Shown here in pieces: positions 1-13,032 of a stretch of 64,000 nucleotides of DNA. Both the position numbers and the translations under genes were made by a program. Each line of letters starts with the position of its first letter. Position 1 is the stretch's first letter. Origin of the DNA: Anthoceros angustus (Eukaryota; Plantae; Anthocerotophyta). The notes below the pieces were generated by a model. The model had not been told where the DNA came from. It saw nothing but the letters and a program-made list of their open reading frames with translations, and searched no databases. The stretch lies in contig MU008161.1 in NCBI GenBank assembly GCA_010909165.1, positions 1,488,001-1,552,000 of the forward strand, in the 5' to 3' direction.

Positions 1-3000
1 GACGGGCAAAGGGCCTTCCTCCGGGTGACGGACGGAGGCGGCCACCAGTGCAAGGAGGCAAGGAGAGGCGGGCGAGGCGGGCGGGGCAAGGCGAAGGCCG
101 GGGAGGCGGAGGAAGGCGGTGGGCGCAGGGACGCGACGCTGGGCAAGCGGGGCGGGGCGCGCGAGGCCAAGGCGGGGCAACGGAGGCGGCGGCGACCGCC
201 AAGGCGCGCGCGAGGGAGGAGGCACCCAGTAGCCCTCCCCATCCTTGCACCAAGCCGCAACTAACCTCGCCCTCATTCCTTCCCGCCCATGGTGATGCCG
301 AATTGTTTGATGCTCATTTCTTTGCAAACGGCCGACACGCAGATGGTCGCCGTGCCACCGCAGTATTATTGTAGGCTTTGCGGGCGGATGGCGCACCGCC
401 CACCCTCTCCTCCTCACATGCCGCAGCGCACACCGCAGCCATCGATGTGGGCAAGAAGGAGGAGGGTTCCACGATCTCCTCCGAGCTCACCCGATCCTAA
501 TATGTGGAGTGAGTTGTTTTGTCTTATGACCCCAAGAAGCCAATGCATCCTTTGTCCCACGAGGAGCTTGATGCGCTTTTGCAAAGATGCGGAGGACCAC
601 AACGACCTCATCCGCCACATAGAGAACTACCCTTGACTTCAAGTTCTTTTCGAGTGAGGGAACGTGGTCGCAGTATTTGACCGGACTCGACTTTATCATG
701 AGAGTGCCTTCGGAAGCGCACTATTTCATGCATACCCATTTTGATGGGTGGCCATTGGGTCCTAACGATCACCGCGAGGCCTCGCGGTCCAAGCACCCGA
801 GTCACCGGAGGACTTGCCGTGGATGGCCAAGTTTCACTCCGGCTTGACTCATGTGCGCACTACCGGCCTCGACGCTTATCGCCCCTCCCGGATTTCATCT
901 CAACGCCTTCTAATTGGACGACGCCAACCATGTCTTGTGGGAGGAGATGCGACCTCTACATCATCGAGTTGATCATGGGGTTAGGATCGTGGTCATGTGC
1001 TTTAGGCACCGTGGAGCAGGGTTTTGATAGGACTTGATGTACGAGGCCTTTACGGTTTAGATTTGTAGGTGTCTTCGCACCGCTTCCCAGCTTTTGACTT
1101 GACCAAATTTTGACGCTTCCTCTTTCGTGTATTCTCACCACTCGCCGATATCCGTGCCCACGTTTTCAACTTGGCCCTCGGTTCATGCTTGCCACAAGAT
1201 CGTGTTCCCTCGTGCGCATTTTGGCCCGCTTCCATTCTCCTTGGCCTTGTCAACCTCGCCTGCTTTTGCCCCATTTTCCATGCGCCACGCTTGTTTATTA
1301 ATTGACAACCCATACAGTGCCTTCTTTCGTGTGATTTGGGTCCATGGAACTCGCCTTCGAGGTTCGCCGCTTTGATAGCCGCCCACTTCAAGGGAATGCG
1401 GTTTCACACAAAGGTGATTCCGACACGCTGCCTCCACAATTTTCATGCACCATTCGGAAGGTCGTGATGTAACTTGCGGAATGTCTCGCCATGCCATGTG
1501 GACCGCGCTGAAACCGGTTCGGACGCAGGAGGCTATTCCATGAGCCCCGCACATGTGTCCACGCTGTGGCCCCTCCGCCCTCACGCTTTATCCTATCGGC
1601 GGTGATGCCCTCCCCCGCCGCCTTCCCTATCCATGTCTCATTGCCTCCCGCTTGCACCACACGCCCTAGTCGCCCCCGGCCACCCGCGACGCACCTCATA
1701 TGAAAAGTGCTCAAGAGGTTAAGGGCTCTCCATGTCCACAGGCAATCGGTCCGCATTCCACTCCCACACCATCTCCGCAGAGGGATCCCGTCGCCGCAAT
1801 ACAAGCACACGTCACCGCCTATGCAAAGCGATACATGTCCGGAGGTAATTTGTACACTTCAAGCCCGCCAGACGCCATGTCCTCGCCACTTGCATGTCCT
1901 ACACAAAACATTTGTCGTCATCAAGAATGCTGGTGTTCACATTCGACGGTCTTGGTGACGCTCACTTACCCCTCAAGAATGCTATCGAGGAAGCGGTGGC
2001 ACCTCCGTGCAACATTGCGCGCATCGTGGTCCGGGGACATAGTAGTCGTTGTCGTCCTCCTCGTCTACCCCATATGCAAAGGGCCCTACCAGCCGCCCAG
2101 CCTCCTCCTCCTGGAAGGCCTCCGGGGACGTGGCCAGCTATGTCATCGCCTCCCGACCTCATTTTCCTCACTGCAAGTTCCACACCTAACGAAAGTCGCC
2201 ACTGTCCTCATGGTGGGCATGAATCGCGGCAAGGAATGTATGTGCCAAGGGTTCGTGGTATCCAACTCACCGTCCCGCAGCTCCAACATGTACCTCTTGT
2301 GAAGCCCCACTTCTCCTTCTCCGTGGTGCTCGATCCGCCTCACACCCACGCACTCCACCCACCAACCACGCCTGCTATGTCCGCACGGCCCGGCTTCCGA
2401 ACGAGCCGCATTCGTGAAGCACATTGCGGCAAATCCCTTCACATGACATCCAAGATCCACCTTACCCGATTGTGCACCGATGGCCCCGAATGAAGTTCCT
2501 CCTGCTTCTCTCGCCTCGGTTCAGTCCTCCTCAACTAGGTTGTTCAACAAATCGGACCGAATCCGCGGGTGCCCAAACCTCACGCACCGCCTCCGCACGC
2601 CTTGTAGATTGTTCCCGCCCGCTTGTTGTCCTCCAAAGACCGCCACGCTATGTAGTGCCCCATCTATGGCGCACCTCAAGTGGAACATGTACATCTTGCC
2701 GCAGACAACACTCGCACCTAGCTTGTCGTTCGCGCTATCGACTCCGACCACCATGTGCTCCAAGTTCGACACTCACCATGTGCCACATGTACATCGGTGT
2801 TTCGGTATTGCACCACCAACGCGCGCAATGCGACCTCATTTCCATGGCCTCCACGCATGGCTCGCAATGCCACCGCCTGGGCACAGCCCCGCGCGGCCTC
2901 GCACAATCCTCACTCCCCTCACACCCCGCCGTGATGGTCACATTTTGTAGGATGAGGTTGCACGCCTTCTATTGTTCTCGCCGGACCCGTGCAGCCTCTC

Positions 3001-3129
3001 CATCCCGGCACCGTGCCCCACCTCCTCAACGTGCGTGCACATCCCCACCGCTGCGAGCCCTTTCAATGTCCGGCCCGCCTCCTCCGCCTCCGCGATGTTC
3101 CTCAAAGTCTCCACTTGAAAGGGCAGCCG

Positions 3130-3890
3130 ACTGCCTCCTTCCTCCCCGCCGCCGCCTGCTTTCAGTCGAGGGCTCGATCGCCTCCACCTCCGACACTTCG
3201 CCTCCCTTCCTCCATCGGATCCCCTCCGCCCCTCTCCGCGCCTCGGCCCCTCCATCTCCTTGCAGACGCCCATCTCCCCTCCGCCGCCCACCCATACGGT
3301 CGCGGCCCCTCACCCCCCTCCCCTCCCACCATCCTCTCATTGCCTGCCCCGCCCTCCGCCCGCCGACCCGCCTCGGCCCCTCGCCTCCGCCCTCCCTCCT
3401 GCTCCCGCACACGCCCGCCTCCCTTCCTCCCACCTGCCACGCCCACGGCCCGCCCACCCGCCTCACGCCCGGATGGCGCCACGGCCCGCCTCCGCCTTCC
3501 TCCTTCCGCCTGCGCCCGCCCGCGCCCGCCTGCCCCTCCTACTCCGCCCGCCTCTCCCGCCTCCCACTCCGCCCCTCCTCCTCCGCCGCCCGCCGCCCTC
3601 CGCCTCCCTCCATCCAACCCCATCGTCCGACCCCTGCTCACGCCGCCATCCACCCGCGCCTCGCTATCACCCTCATCTCCTCCTTCCCGCTCCGCCCTGG
3701 CGGCCCCTCGCCGTCCCTCCTCGCTCGCGCCCGCCTCGCCCTCTCCCGCTCCTCCGCCTCCTCCTCCCGCTCCCGCCCTCGCCCCTCCAGTCCTCCATCG
3801 TCGACCCCCGTTCACGCCGCCATCCACCCGCCCTCGTCATCACCCTCATCTCCCCTCCTTTCGCCGTCTTAGCCCTCATCGCGCCCCCGC
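3130..3890. repeat. C/T-rich low-complexity block (copy 1; related copies about 6480-7010 and 15840-16570)
   Basis: Almost pure CCT/CCG/CCC runs on the + strand. It gives Pro-rich stop-free frames on + and Gly/Arg-rich frames on -. Confidence 0.85.
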
Positions 3891-6800
3891 ACTCGCGCCA
3901 TCAATCAGGCCATCGCCCAGGCAACCCCTTGGTTCTCCGGCGTCCCCATGATCTGCGGTGTTTGGCGTACTCGGGCCTATCCTCCCACACCGCCGCTATG
4001 CGGTCTCCCGAGTGGATTCACTACTTGGAGCGCCGGTTCAAGACCGAGCACGCCACTTGTTCCATCATCGACAATGCGTGGTTTCCTCATCGCCGTCGAC
4101 AATAATTCCGCTTTCACGCCAACAATTTGTTTCATGAAATGAACGCCATGTGCCTTATTCACTTGAACGCTTTGGTTGCTTTGACCATGCCTAAGGACAT
4201 TCATGCCTTGCTTCTTTCCACAAATCCACGATACAATGTTTCAAAGAATACCTACCCCACCATTATTCCTACGCCTTTCCACCCCACAACTCTACGGTGA
4301 TAGGCCACCGGTGTGTGCACGTTGAAGAGAAACACGAGACTCTTTGTAGCAAGCCCTACACTGGAATTTCGGCTCCCATATCTGCGTGCTCGAGGATGAC
4401 GTGAGCACGAAAGCCTCCTCTTCGCAAAGAAGCTCACCTTGTCCACGACAAGACATACGCACCGTTGTCAAGGAGAAAGCAACCGACATTGCGACCGGCG
4501 GCACCCCCCTCGCCGACCCGCGGCAATTGTCATTCGCCCCCGCCGATCCGCATGCCATCGCCAACATGCCCATGTAGTCCGCCCGTCCACACATCTAAGC
4601 GGAACTGTCGCGGTCCATACGATATGCACCGAGTGTCACATCCCCACTCCACCCAGGCCACCCATCGCCTTTGCGTGTCTCCGCGCATGCTCCTTTTCAG
4701 AGGATGCATGGCGCCCCGAGCCCAGCAGCATCGTGTCCACCACCGCCGTCGATGGTACACGGGTCGCCGCGATCGAACCCACCCACGACACCGTCGACCA
4801 TCCACCAAGCAGATGACTTCTGCATCCGCCTCACCACACCACCATTGCTGACTCTTTCAACGCGGCCAACTCCATCGCCCGCATCCCCTTCTCCTTCCGT
4901 GTTGGACCCGCCCCAACCCACCAATCCGTGAGCGGAGGCTCCTTGTTCTTCGCAGCCTAATTCAAATGTGTCCATGTGCTGAAATAGATACCCTCGGTGC
5001 ATGTCGCAACCCCGTCCACAACTGCATTGCCCACCTCTCATCCGGAGCATCCTCCACTGCATGGTTCCATCCTGCACGCACCAAAACCACCCACGAGTCC
5101 AAGCCCGCAGCCCTTGTCTCCTCCACCTCAAGACATGCGCCACCATGTCCCTCGCCACTTGCATGTCCTACACAAAACATTTGTCGTCATAACAAGCTGG
5201 TGTTCACATTCGGGGCGGTCTTGGTGGCGTTCACTTACCGGCAATGCTATCGGAGCGGTGGCACCTCCGGTGCAACATTCTTGGCGTCTGGTCCGGGGAC
5301 ATAGTAGTCGTTGTCGTCCTCCTCGTCTACCCCATATGCGCGGCCCTACCAGCCGCCGGCCGCTCCTCCTCTGGAAGGCCTCCCGGACGTGGCCAGCTAT
5401 GTCATCGTCTCCGACCTCATTTTCCTCACATGCAAGTTCCACACCCTAACGAAAGTCGCCCCTGTCCTCATGGTGGGCATGAATGCGTGCAAGGAATGTA
5501 TGTGCCAAGGGTTCGTGGTATCCAACTCACGGCATCCTGCGGCTCCAACATGTACCTCTTATGCAGAAGCCCCACTTCTCCTTGGCCCTCCGGAAGTGCT
5601 CGATCACCCCTCACCCACTACCCACCACGCCGTTATGCAGCGCGGGCTCGGCTTGGAAGTTCCGAGCCGCATTCGTGAAGCACATTGCGGCAAATCCCTT
5701 CACATGACATCCGATTATCCACCTTACGATTGTGCACGATGGCCCCGAATGAAGTTCCTCCCGTTCTCGCGGCCTACAGTTGAGTCCTCCTCAACTAGGT
5801 TGTGCTCCGGAATCGGACCGAATCCTGCGGGTGCCCAAACCTCGCACCGCCTCGCGTCGCCTTGTAGATTGTTCACGCTTGTTGTCCTCGGCCGCACGTT
5901 ATGTAGTGCGTTGCCCCATCTAACGCGTGCACCACGAAGTGGAACATGTACATCTTGTCGCACTGCTCGCACCGTTAGCTTCTGCGTTGTCTTTGCGGCT
6001 ATCTCGGCGACCACCATGTGCTCCAAGTTCCGCTCACGATCCATGTGCCACATGTACATCGGTGTTGTTACATTGCACCGAATCTTGCATGCGACCTCAT
6101 TTCCATGGCCTCCTGCATGGCTCGCAATCGCCGTCACACCTCTCTGAGGCACGGCGGCCAGCGCGGTCTTTGCACAATCCTCACTCCCCGGTTCACACCA
6201 CCGTGATGGTCACATTTTGTAGGATGAGGTTGCAGCGTCTTCTATTGTTCTCGACCCGGCGTGGCGGCCTCTCCATCCACAGGCACCGTGCGGCCACCTC
6301 CTCAACGTCCGCGGTGCACATCCCAGCTCGCCTGCGAGCCCTTTCAATGTCCGTCCCGCCCTCCTCCGCCCCTCTGCGATGTTCCTCAAAGTCTCCACTT
6401 CGAAAGGGCTGCCCGGCGTTCCCTTCCCTCTCCCGCCCGCTGCTGTTTGATGTCGAGGGCTCTGTGATCGTCTCCACCTCCGACACTTCGCTTTCCTCCC
6501 CTTCCTCCATCGGATCCCCCCTCCCGTCCTCTCGCGCCTCGGCCTCCATCTCCCCTTGCGCCCATCTCCCCTCGCCCGCCCACCCACCCATACGGTCGGC
6601 CTCACGACACCCCCTCGCCCCTCCACCATCCTCTCATTGCCTGTGCCCGGCCCCTCCGCCTGCCTGCCGCTCTGGGCCCGGCCCCTCCCCTCCGTCCCTC
6701 CTCCCGGTTCCGCGGCCCGCCCCTCCCCTTCCTCCCCACGCGCCCGCGCCCACTGCCCGCCGCCCGTCACTCGGATGGCGCTCACGGCCCCTCGCCCCTT

Positions 6801-9800
6801 CCTCCTTCCCGCTCCGCCCTGGCGGCCCCTCGCCGTCCCTCCTCGCTCGCGCCCGCCTCGCCCTCTCCCGCTCCTCCGCCTCCCTCCCTCCCGCTCCCGC
6901 CCTCGCCCCTCCAGTCCTCCCATCGTCGACCCCCGTTCACGCCGCCATCCACCCGCCCTCGTCATCACCCTCATCTCCCCTCCTTTCGCCGTCTTAGCCC
7001 TCATCGCGCCCCCGCACTCGCGCCATCAATCAGGCCATCGCCCAGGCAACCCCTTGGTTCTCCGGCGTCCCCATGATCTGCGGTGTTTGGCGTACTCGGG
7101 CCTATCCTCCACTGCCTGCCCTCTGCGTGGTCTCCGAGGGATTCACTACTTGGAGCGCGGTCGGGTTCGCCGAGCACGCCACTTGTTCCATCTACGACAA
7201 TCGTGGTTTCCCTCATCTCTCCCGTATGTCGAATAATTCCTTTCACGCCATAGGCAATTTTTTTCATGAAATGAGCGTCATGTGCCTTATTCACTTGACG
7301 CTTTGGGTTGCCGATGACCCCATGCCTAAGGACATTCATGCCTTGCTTCTTTCCACAAATCCACGATACAATGTTTTGACCTACGACCCCACCATTATTC
7401 CTCGCCTTTCCACCCCACAACTCTCTGGTGATAGGCCACGGTGTGTGCACGTTGAGAAACACGAGACTCTTTGTAGCCCCCTACACTCGGAATTTGGGCT
7501 CCCATATCTGCGTGCTCGAGGATGGCGTGAGCGACTGCAAAGCCTCCTCTTGACAAGAAGCTCACGCCTTGTCCACGTACAAGACATACGCGATCTGGTT
7601 GTCAAGGAGCGGCAACCGACATTGCTGACCGGCACCCCTCGTCGACTCCGGGCAATTGTCATTCGCCCCCGATCGGCGCATCCATCGCCAACATGCCCAT
7701 GTAGTCCCGCCGGTCCACACATCTAAGCGGGGCGTCAGCCGGTCCATACAGTATGCACCAGTGTCACATCCCCACTCCACCCTGACCACCCATCGCCCTT
7801 TGCGGTGCGCATGCTCCTTTGGCAGGATGCATGGCGATCCGATTCATCGAGCATCGTGTCCACCAGTCGCATGGTACGTGGGCGATCGAACCCACCGTAC
7901 ACCGGTGACCATCGTCACCAAGCACGCATGACTTGCATCCGCCTCACCACACCACCATTCTTTTCACGCGGCCAACTCCATCGCCTTCGCATCCCCTTCT
8001 CCTTCCGTGTTGGACCCGCCCCAACCCACCAATCCGTGGCGGAGGCTCCTTGTTCTTCGGGCCTCCGCAATTCAAATGTGTCCATGTCTTTGAAATAGAT
8101 ACCCTCGGTGCATGTCGCAACCCCGTCCGCTGCATTGCCCACCTCTCATCTGGAGCATCCTCCACCGCATGGTTCCATCCGCACGCACCAAAACCACCCA
8201 CGAGTCCAAGCCCGCAGCCCTTGTCTCCTCGATGCACTCGAAGACATGCGCCACCATGTCCCAGTCCATCCGCTATGCGTGACGCGTTCGAATGTCGTCC
8301 GCAAGCGCTCGCGAACCGGCATGGACGGCAGATGATGTCGACGCTCTACCCCGTCGCCATCGGAACGCTGCGCCCGCCGCCATCGCCGCCCACGTGTCCT
8401 CGCTCGCCAACGGATCCGCTACCGCCTCGTGGCCCCATCCGCAAAAACAACCGCATCGAGCCACCGCCGCCTTCTTCGTTCCATGCTCAATGACCCCCAC
8501 CCTCCTTTCCTTAGCCTTTGCCGCGACCCCAACCCCAACCTCATTGCTCACGCCCGCCTCTGTGTCTTGCACCCATCGACCGACCGCGAAGTTCGAATGT
8601 CCCTTCACCCATGTGGTTTCGCCGACTTGTTGTCGCGCCCCGGCCGCCGGAAACGTGGTCTGCTCGCCGATGACCCGCCATGGCTCCACGATTTCCACAA
8701 CTCGACCGCGAGAATGGAGTGTCCTCCAACGGCGCATGGACTCTTCCCTTCCGCTTGAAATTGAATAAGGCGGGCATCGCGATTTTCGGAGGCACCCGCA
8801 GGCGCGGCGTCATTGCTCCTCCCGCCACACTTTAAGATTCCGCACGCCCGCCACGTTGTCCTTCTCGACCGCAGGGTGCATTAATTCGCCTCCTTTTGTG
8901 TGCACAAGCTACCTCCTTACTCACAAGCGAACCGCGACCAATGAACACGCAACTTGCGCTCATCAATAATTACCAATGGGATGGCATTTGAAACATGTAG
9001 TCCACAATCCCAATCGAACATCACACATCACACAACGACTTGGCCACCTCTCTACAACGGCTCGGCAATCTACGCTAGGCCATGCCATAAACCGTGTTGT
9101 GAGAAATGGCGACACTCGCCATACAGTGTCCTCGAGTCATACAATGGAAGGAGCAATGTCCGCACGTCATGGCTGGGGGAGCTGTCCTCCGTCATCAATG
9201 GTACTTCAAACACCACAATTGGCGCCTCACCAAAGAACACGCGGTCCGTAATGAAGGTGCAGCTCTCGCAAAGACAACCTACGACTGCCGCGGAACATGG
9301 TCTTCACTGTGGGTGCATGCCTCAAAGGTCGCCCCTGCTCGTGAAGTTATCTGTACATCCTTGAGCACCGGAGAAAAAGAACCGACCACCTCCAAAGATA
9401 ACGTGTTCACAATGGGCATCACCGCCGAAAGGCCCAAGCTGCACCACAAGTCCGAACCCGCCCCCACAAGCCCCAACATGCAAGCACTTTTAAACAAGAC
9501 CTCCTGCTAGCCTCTCGGACCATGCTCACCTCCATGCCAAGCGCGGTCCCGGAGAAGCGTGCAAAATGTCGAAAAACTCCGGATCCCCACCGTGATGAGG
9601 GCAACGGCCTCCTTGATGGCCGCATGCCGGTCCGCACTTGCCCATGAGGCCTTCTTGACATAGACAACACACCCATCACCTCCGGGTAGCACGCTTTCAT
9701 GTCCGCCTTGAAGGCCTTCCTCAAGAACGATGAGCCCGGCGCATCTTGCCACACCTTCGACGTCCATCCGGCCGCCAAGGGCGTGTGCAATTGTGGCCAC

Positions 9801-12793
9801 GGCCATGGGGCATGACACTTGCACGGCCGCCAAAGACCATGTACACGAGGTAGCCAAAGAACCGAGCGTGAGTCGAGGCTGCGTGTTAGAATGAAAGGCT
9901 GCAGCTATGATGAACACTCCACACACACGCGACTCACCACACAATCGCTCATCCGCGAGATGGACTTCCCTTTTGATGTGGTGTGTCCCGAGCCCCGGGG
10001 TTGTCCTCGCCTCAAACACGCAGCTCATGAACATGGGATTCTCGCGCACTGCCGCCATGCTCGCCGATGCAACGAGTCGGCCCTCACAACTGCCTCCGCC
10101 TCAACCCCCATGCTTGCGATCGGACATGGAACCGTGGGAACAGACTTCCCATCACAATGTTGCTTGAAGAGGTCGTGGCTCGCGCTGCTGCCCACCACAC
10201 CCGCAAATGTGAAAGTGGCCATGGCGGCCAGTATCGGCACTTCAATTCGAATGGCAAAGGCGCAGGAGGTCCTACCTTCAGACAATCCGCCTCACAGGCG
10301 CGATGCCGTCTGTGGATGGGCTCCAGTGGTATTTGTGAGGCGAACCGGCGATAGCGGAGTTGGCGGCATCGGGCCTCTTGCGCCACTTCCGTAAACCGCC
10401 GACGCCTCCTCACAAATCGTTACGCCCGCCCGCCGGCGACGCCTTCCATTCCTGGATCGCCGCAGCGCAGCAGAACTCCTCCTCATCAGTAGAGTGGCGG
10501 AGGTTGGTTGTGGCCCATGTCTCCAAAGAAGTCCTCGTGCTCTATGGCCCCGAGATCGAGGGCCGGGTCTACGCCTTCCAGAATTCAAGAGCGCGGCGGC
10601 GCGACCGCCGATGAAGCCTTCATCGCCCCGACATCGTAAAGCTCCAACCCCGGACGCCACCACCGCCGCAGCAACCTCCCGTGTCTATCCGATGTCCTGC
10701 CTTCTCCATAATCGAGTGCACTTTCCAACACCGCAGCTGGTCCGGATTCCCCATCCTCGCACTTCTCGCGCCGCGCAGATGTCGAAAACATCTTGGCCTC
10801 ACGCGCGCGCATTCCGCTTCGCGGGAGATGGTGGCGCTTTCGCAGCCTCCGTGAGGACGGAAGCAGCCATGCCGCAACCACGCTCGTATGTGAATCGACC
10901 GATATGGATGGCGCAGGCGCTGCTCCCACCGCACCGGATGCTCCAGCATCGTCATTCGCCAGCCGGAGGGCGCCGCTGTCCTTTCATCTGCGAATCGCCA
11001 ATGACTACGAAGGCCCCACTGCGGTAATCGTGCTCGGCCCGCGATGACGCCTGAAGCCACTTGGTCGGTCGGATCTCGGCCCCGACCGAGATCGAGTCTG
11101 TCCGGTCCACCACTTGTGTGCACGTCATCTCCGTGAAATCCGCTTCCCGCTGACGCTCCTTCCTCCTCTTCCAAGACCGCTTTCGGTAGTTGCGGACCAT
11201 GAGCGGCTATCCGGGATACGGGATCCCGACATAAAAGCGCACCTTGCAAAACGTTAGCGCCTCGTGATGCGTTACCGGGAACAGAGCGGTCATCTGTGAG
11301 GACCGCAATGGCGAATCGCTGGTTGCACCTTCCGTTGCGCTCGATGAAGCAACCAGGCCCAAATTGCTGGGAAGGCGGAAGAGGGCCGCCACCGGCCCAC
11401 GAGTCAAACTCAACCCATACCGCCTCCCACGGCATGGCAGCACGTGCAACTCCACCACTGCGCTCACGCAATCCTCCGACAAAGCGCCTCCCCCAGCCTC
11501 GGTCCTAAGTGGATGGCCTCGTAATGCGATTCGCGAACCGTAATAGAGAGCTTCTTCATGTGCACCCGCCCCGACCGCCAGACGCCCGCCTCTCTGCCTC
11601 CCCCGAACCATAATCGGGTGATTGCGCGTTGTGTGAGGGGATGTTTCCCATTGCCGCACGCACCGCTGGGGTGTTCCGGCGTGAGGGAACGTGCACCCCA
11701 CCCTCACTGCCCCGGAAGGTACCGCCCGGCCGCCCAGACTGCCGATCCCGCACGTACACCCAAGGGTCCGCTGGCCGGTGTCCGCACACCGAGGGGTTTG
11801 CGGATTGCCTCGCGCCGTGAATTCTAGCGGGTGAGGCTTGGAAACGCGATGAGGCCGACCTTGGGGATTTGACTGAAGACATTTGCATCCTCGTCGTCGG
11901 AGTTCACCCAATCTCCGAGAATGTCGCCACCGCCATCGCATGATTCACCGGCGCTCCGGCCTCCTCGCTCGCCATGTTTTCACTTGGATTGGTGCAGTCC
12001 ACCAAAAAAATGGGTGTGTTTGGTCACTCTCCGCGATTTCAAATCAAGGGTGGGAGATGGCGAGGGCGGTGTCCGCGATAACCACCACCGGCCGATGCGG
12101 AAGATACGAGCGCCTCCCGCCTTCATGCCTTTTCCGCATGACAAGAGCGCAGAGGTTCATTATTTCGTGGAGTCGTGCCCCAAACGCCTCAAACCCGCTT
12201 AGGATTAATAAGAATGCCCGCCTTCTGCGACGGGAAACACGACATTCATTACATCGGAAGAGAGATGCGGCACGCGTGCCGTCCAAAGATGCACCTCGTC
12301 GGATGGCCGCATTGTTTAAGGCGAATGGAGATGAGGACATGTTGCTTCGCGCCCTTCTAGAAGACGCGTTGTTTATGTTTGAAGTATTCGTGACCGGACA
12401 GAGGCCGTGACAAGAATGCCCCGCGACGCTTGGAAGACGGGTCGCATCTTCAGCAGACAGGGCCATGCTCATAACCGGTGGCGGTCGTGAATGCGGTTCG
12501 CAGCCTCGTACAAAACATCGGTCCGCCAGGAAGGGGGGATTCCGACATGACCAAGGACGGCCGTGTTCGCCGTAGCATGCGGTTTATGTCAAATCACTTC
12601 CTCCATACTTACCAACCCAAGCATATATAGTGAATTTGTCCCTGGCATTTCCGAACCTGAATGGATGGCGGAATAACAGATGGATATTGAGTATGAGGTT
12701 TTTTTGTTCACACATATCTAGTAGGAACAGGTTTTTGGGCCAAACTATAAGGCCCAAAAAAGGATGGAACATAATGCATAATGTTTCAATTTT

Positions 12794-13030
12794 CAAAGGC
12801 CAAGGAAGATAGTGGTACATATAGCAGAGGACTTGACAACCTTGGCCTTTGGGATATTTGAAAGGAGGAAACATCATGCATGGTGTGTCCATGCCAAAGG
12901 CCAAGGAAGGCGAGGCATATACTACAAAGGACATGTCATCCTTGGCATTTTGGGATTTGTCACAAACGAAACATCATGCATGTTGTTTCAACCACCAAAG
13001 GCCAAGGAAGTTAGTGCTACATATACTAAG
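12794..13030. repeat. About 101-bp tandem unit, each containing an inverted pair of a 12-bp motif (CAAAGGCCAAGG / CCTTGGCCTTTG); copies at about 29160-29397 and 30211-30446
   Basis: Forward motif at 12794, 12895 and 12996. Reverse motif at 12840, with a variant CCTTGGCATTTT at 12940. Confidence 0.85.
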
Positions 13031-13032
13031 GT

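Larger units (their letters stand above)
371..13032. repeat. Large tandem unit 1 (about 12.7 kb) of an unclassified GC-rich repetitive element, with an internal 3.1-3.3 kb tandem duplication (1875-5142 / 5143-8253)
   Basis: Sequence from 371 (GTAGGCTT...CCCTCTCCTCCTCACATG) recurs colinearly from 13033, and all sub-blocks recur in the same order and orientation. The internal duplication is visible directly (1876 ccatgtcctcgccacttgcatgtcctacacaaaacatttgtcg vs 5144). No family-diagnostic transposase motif was recognised. Confidence 0.85.

Noticed and set aside
1890-1910. RHLHVLH as a Helitron Rep HUH motif
   Set aside because: The flanking Rep motifs (E.Q.RG.PH.H) and any helicase Walker A are absent.
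2424-7236. Long Pro-rich (+) and Gly/Arg-rich (-) ORFs of 200-480 aa
   Set aside because: They are stop-free in several frames at once because of C/G-rich low complexity, and reading frames are not conserved between copies.
12055-12080. VGDGEGGVR as a KDZ/Zisupton transposase DGE motif
   Set aside because: It is a short match not preserved in the second copy (about 28390), and no other KDZ motifs were found.
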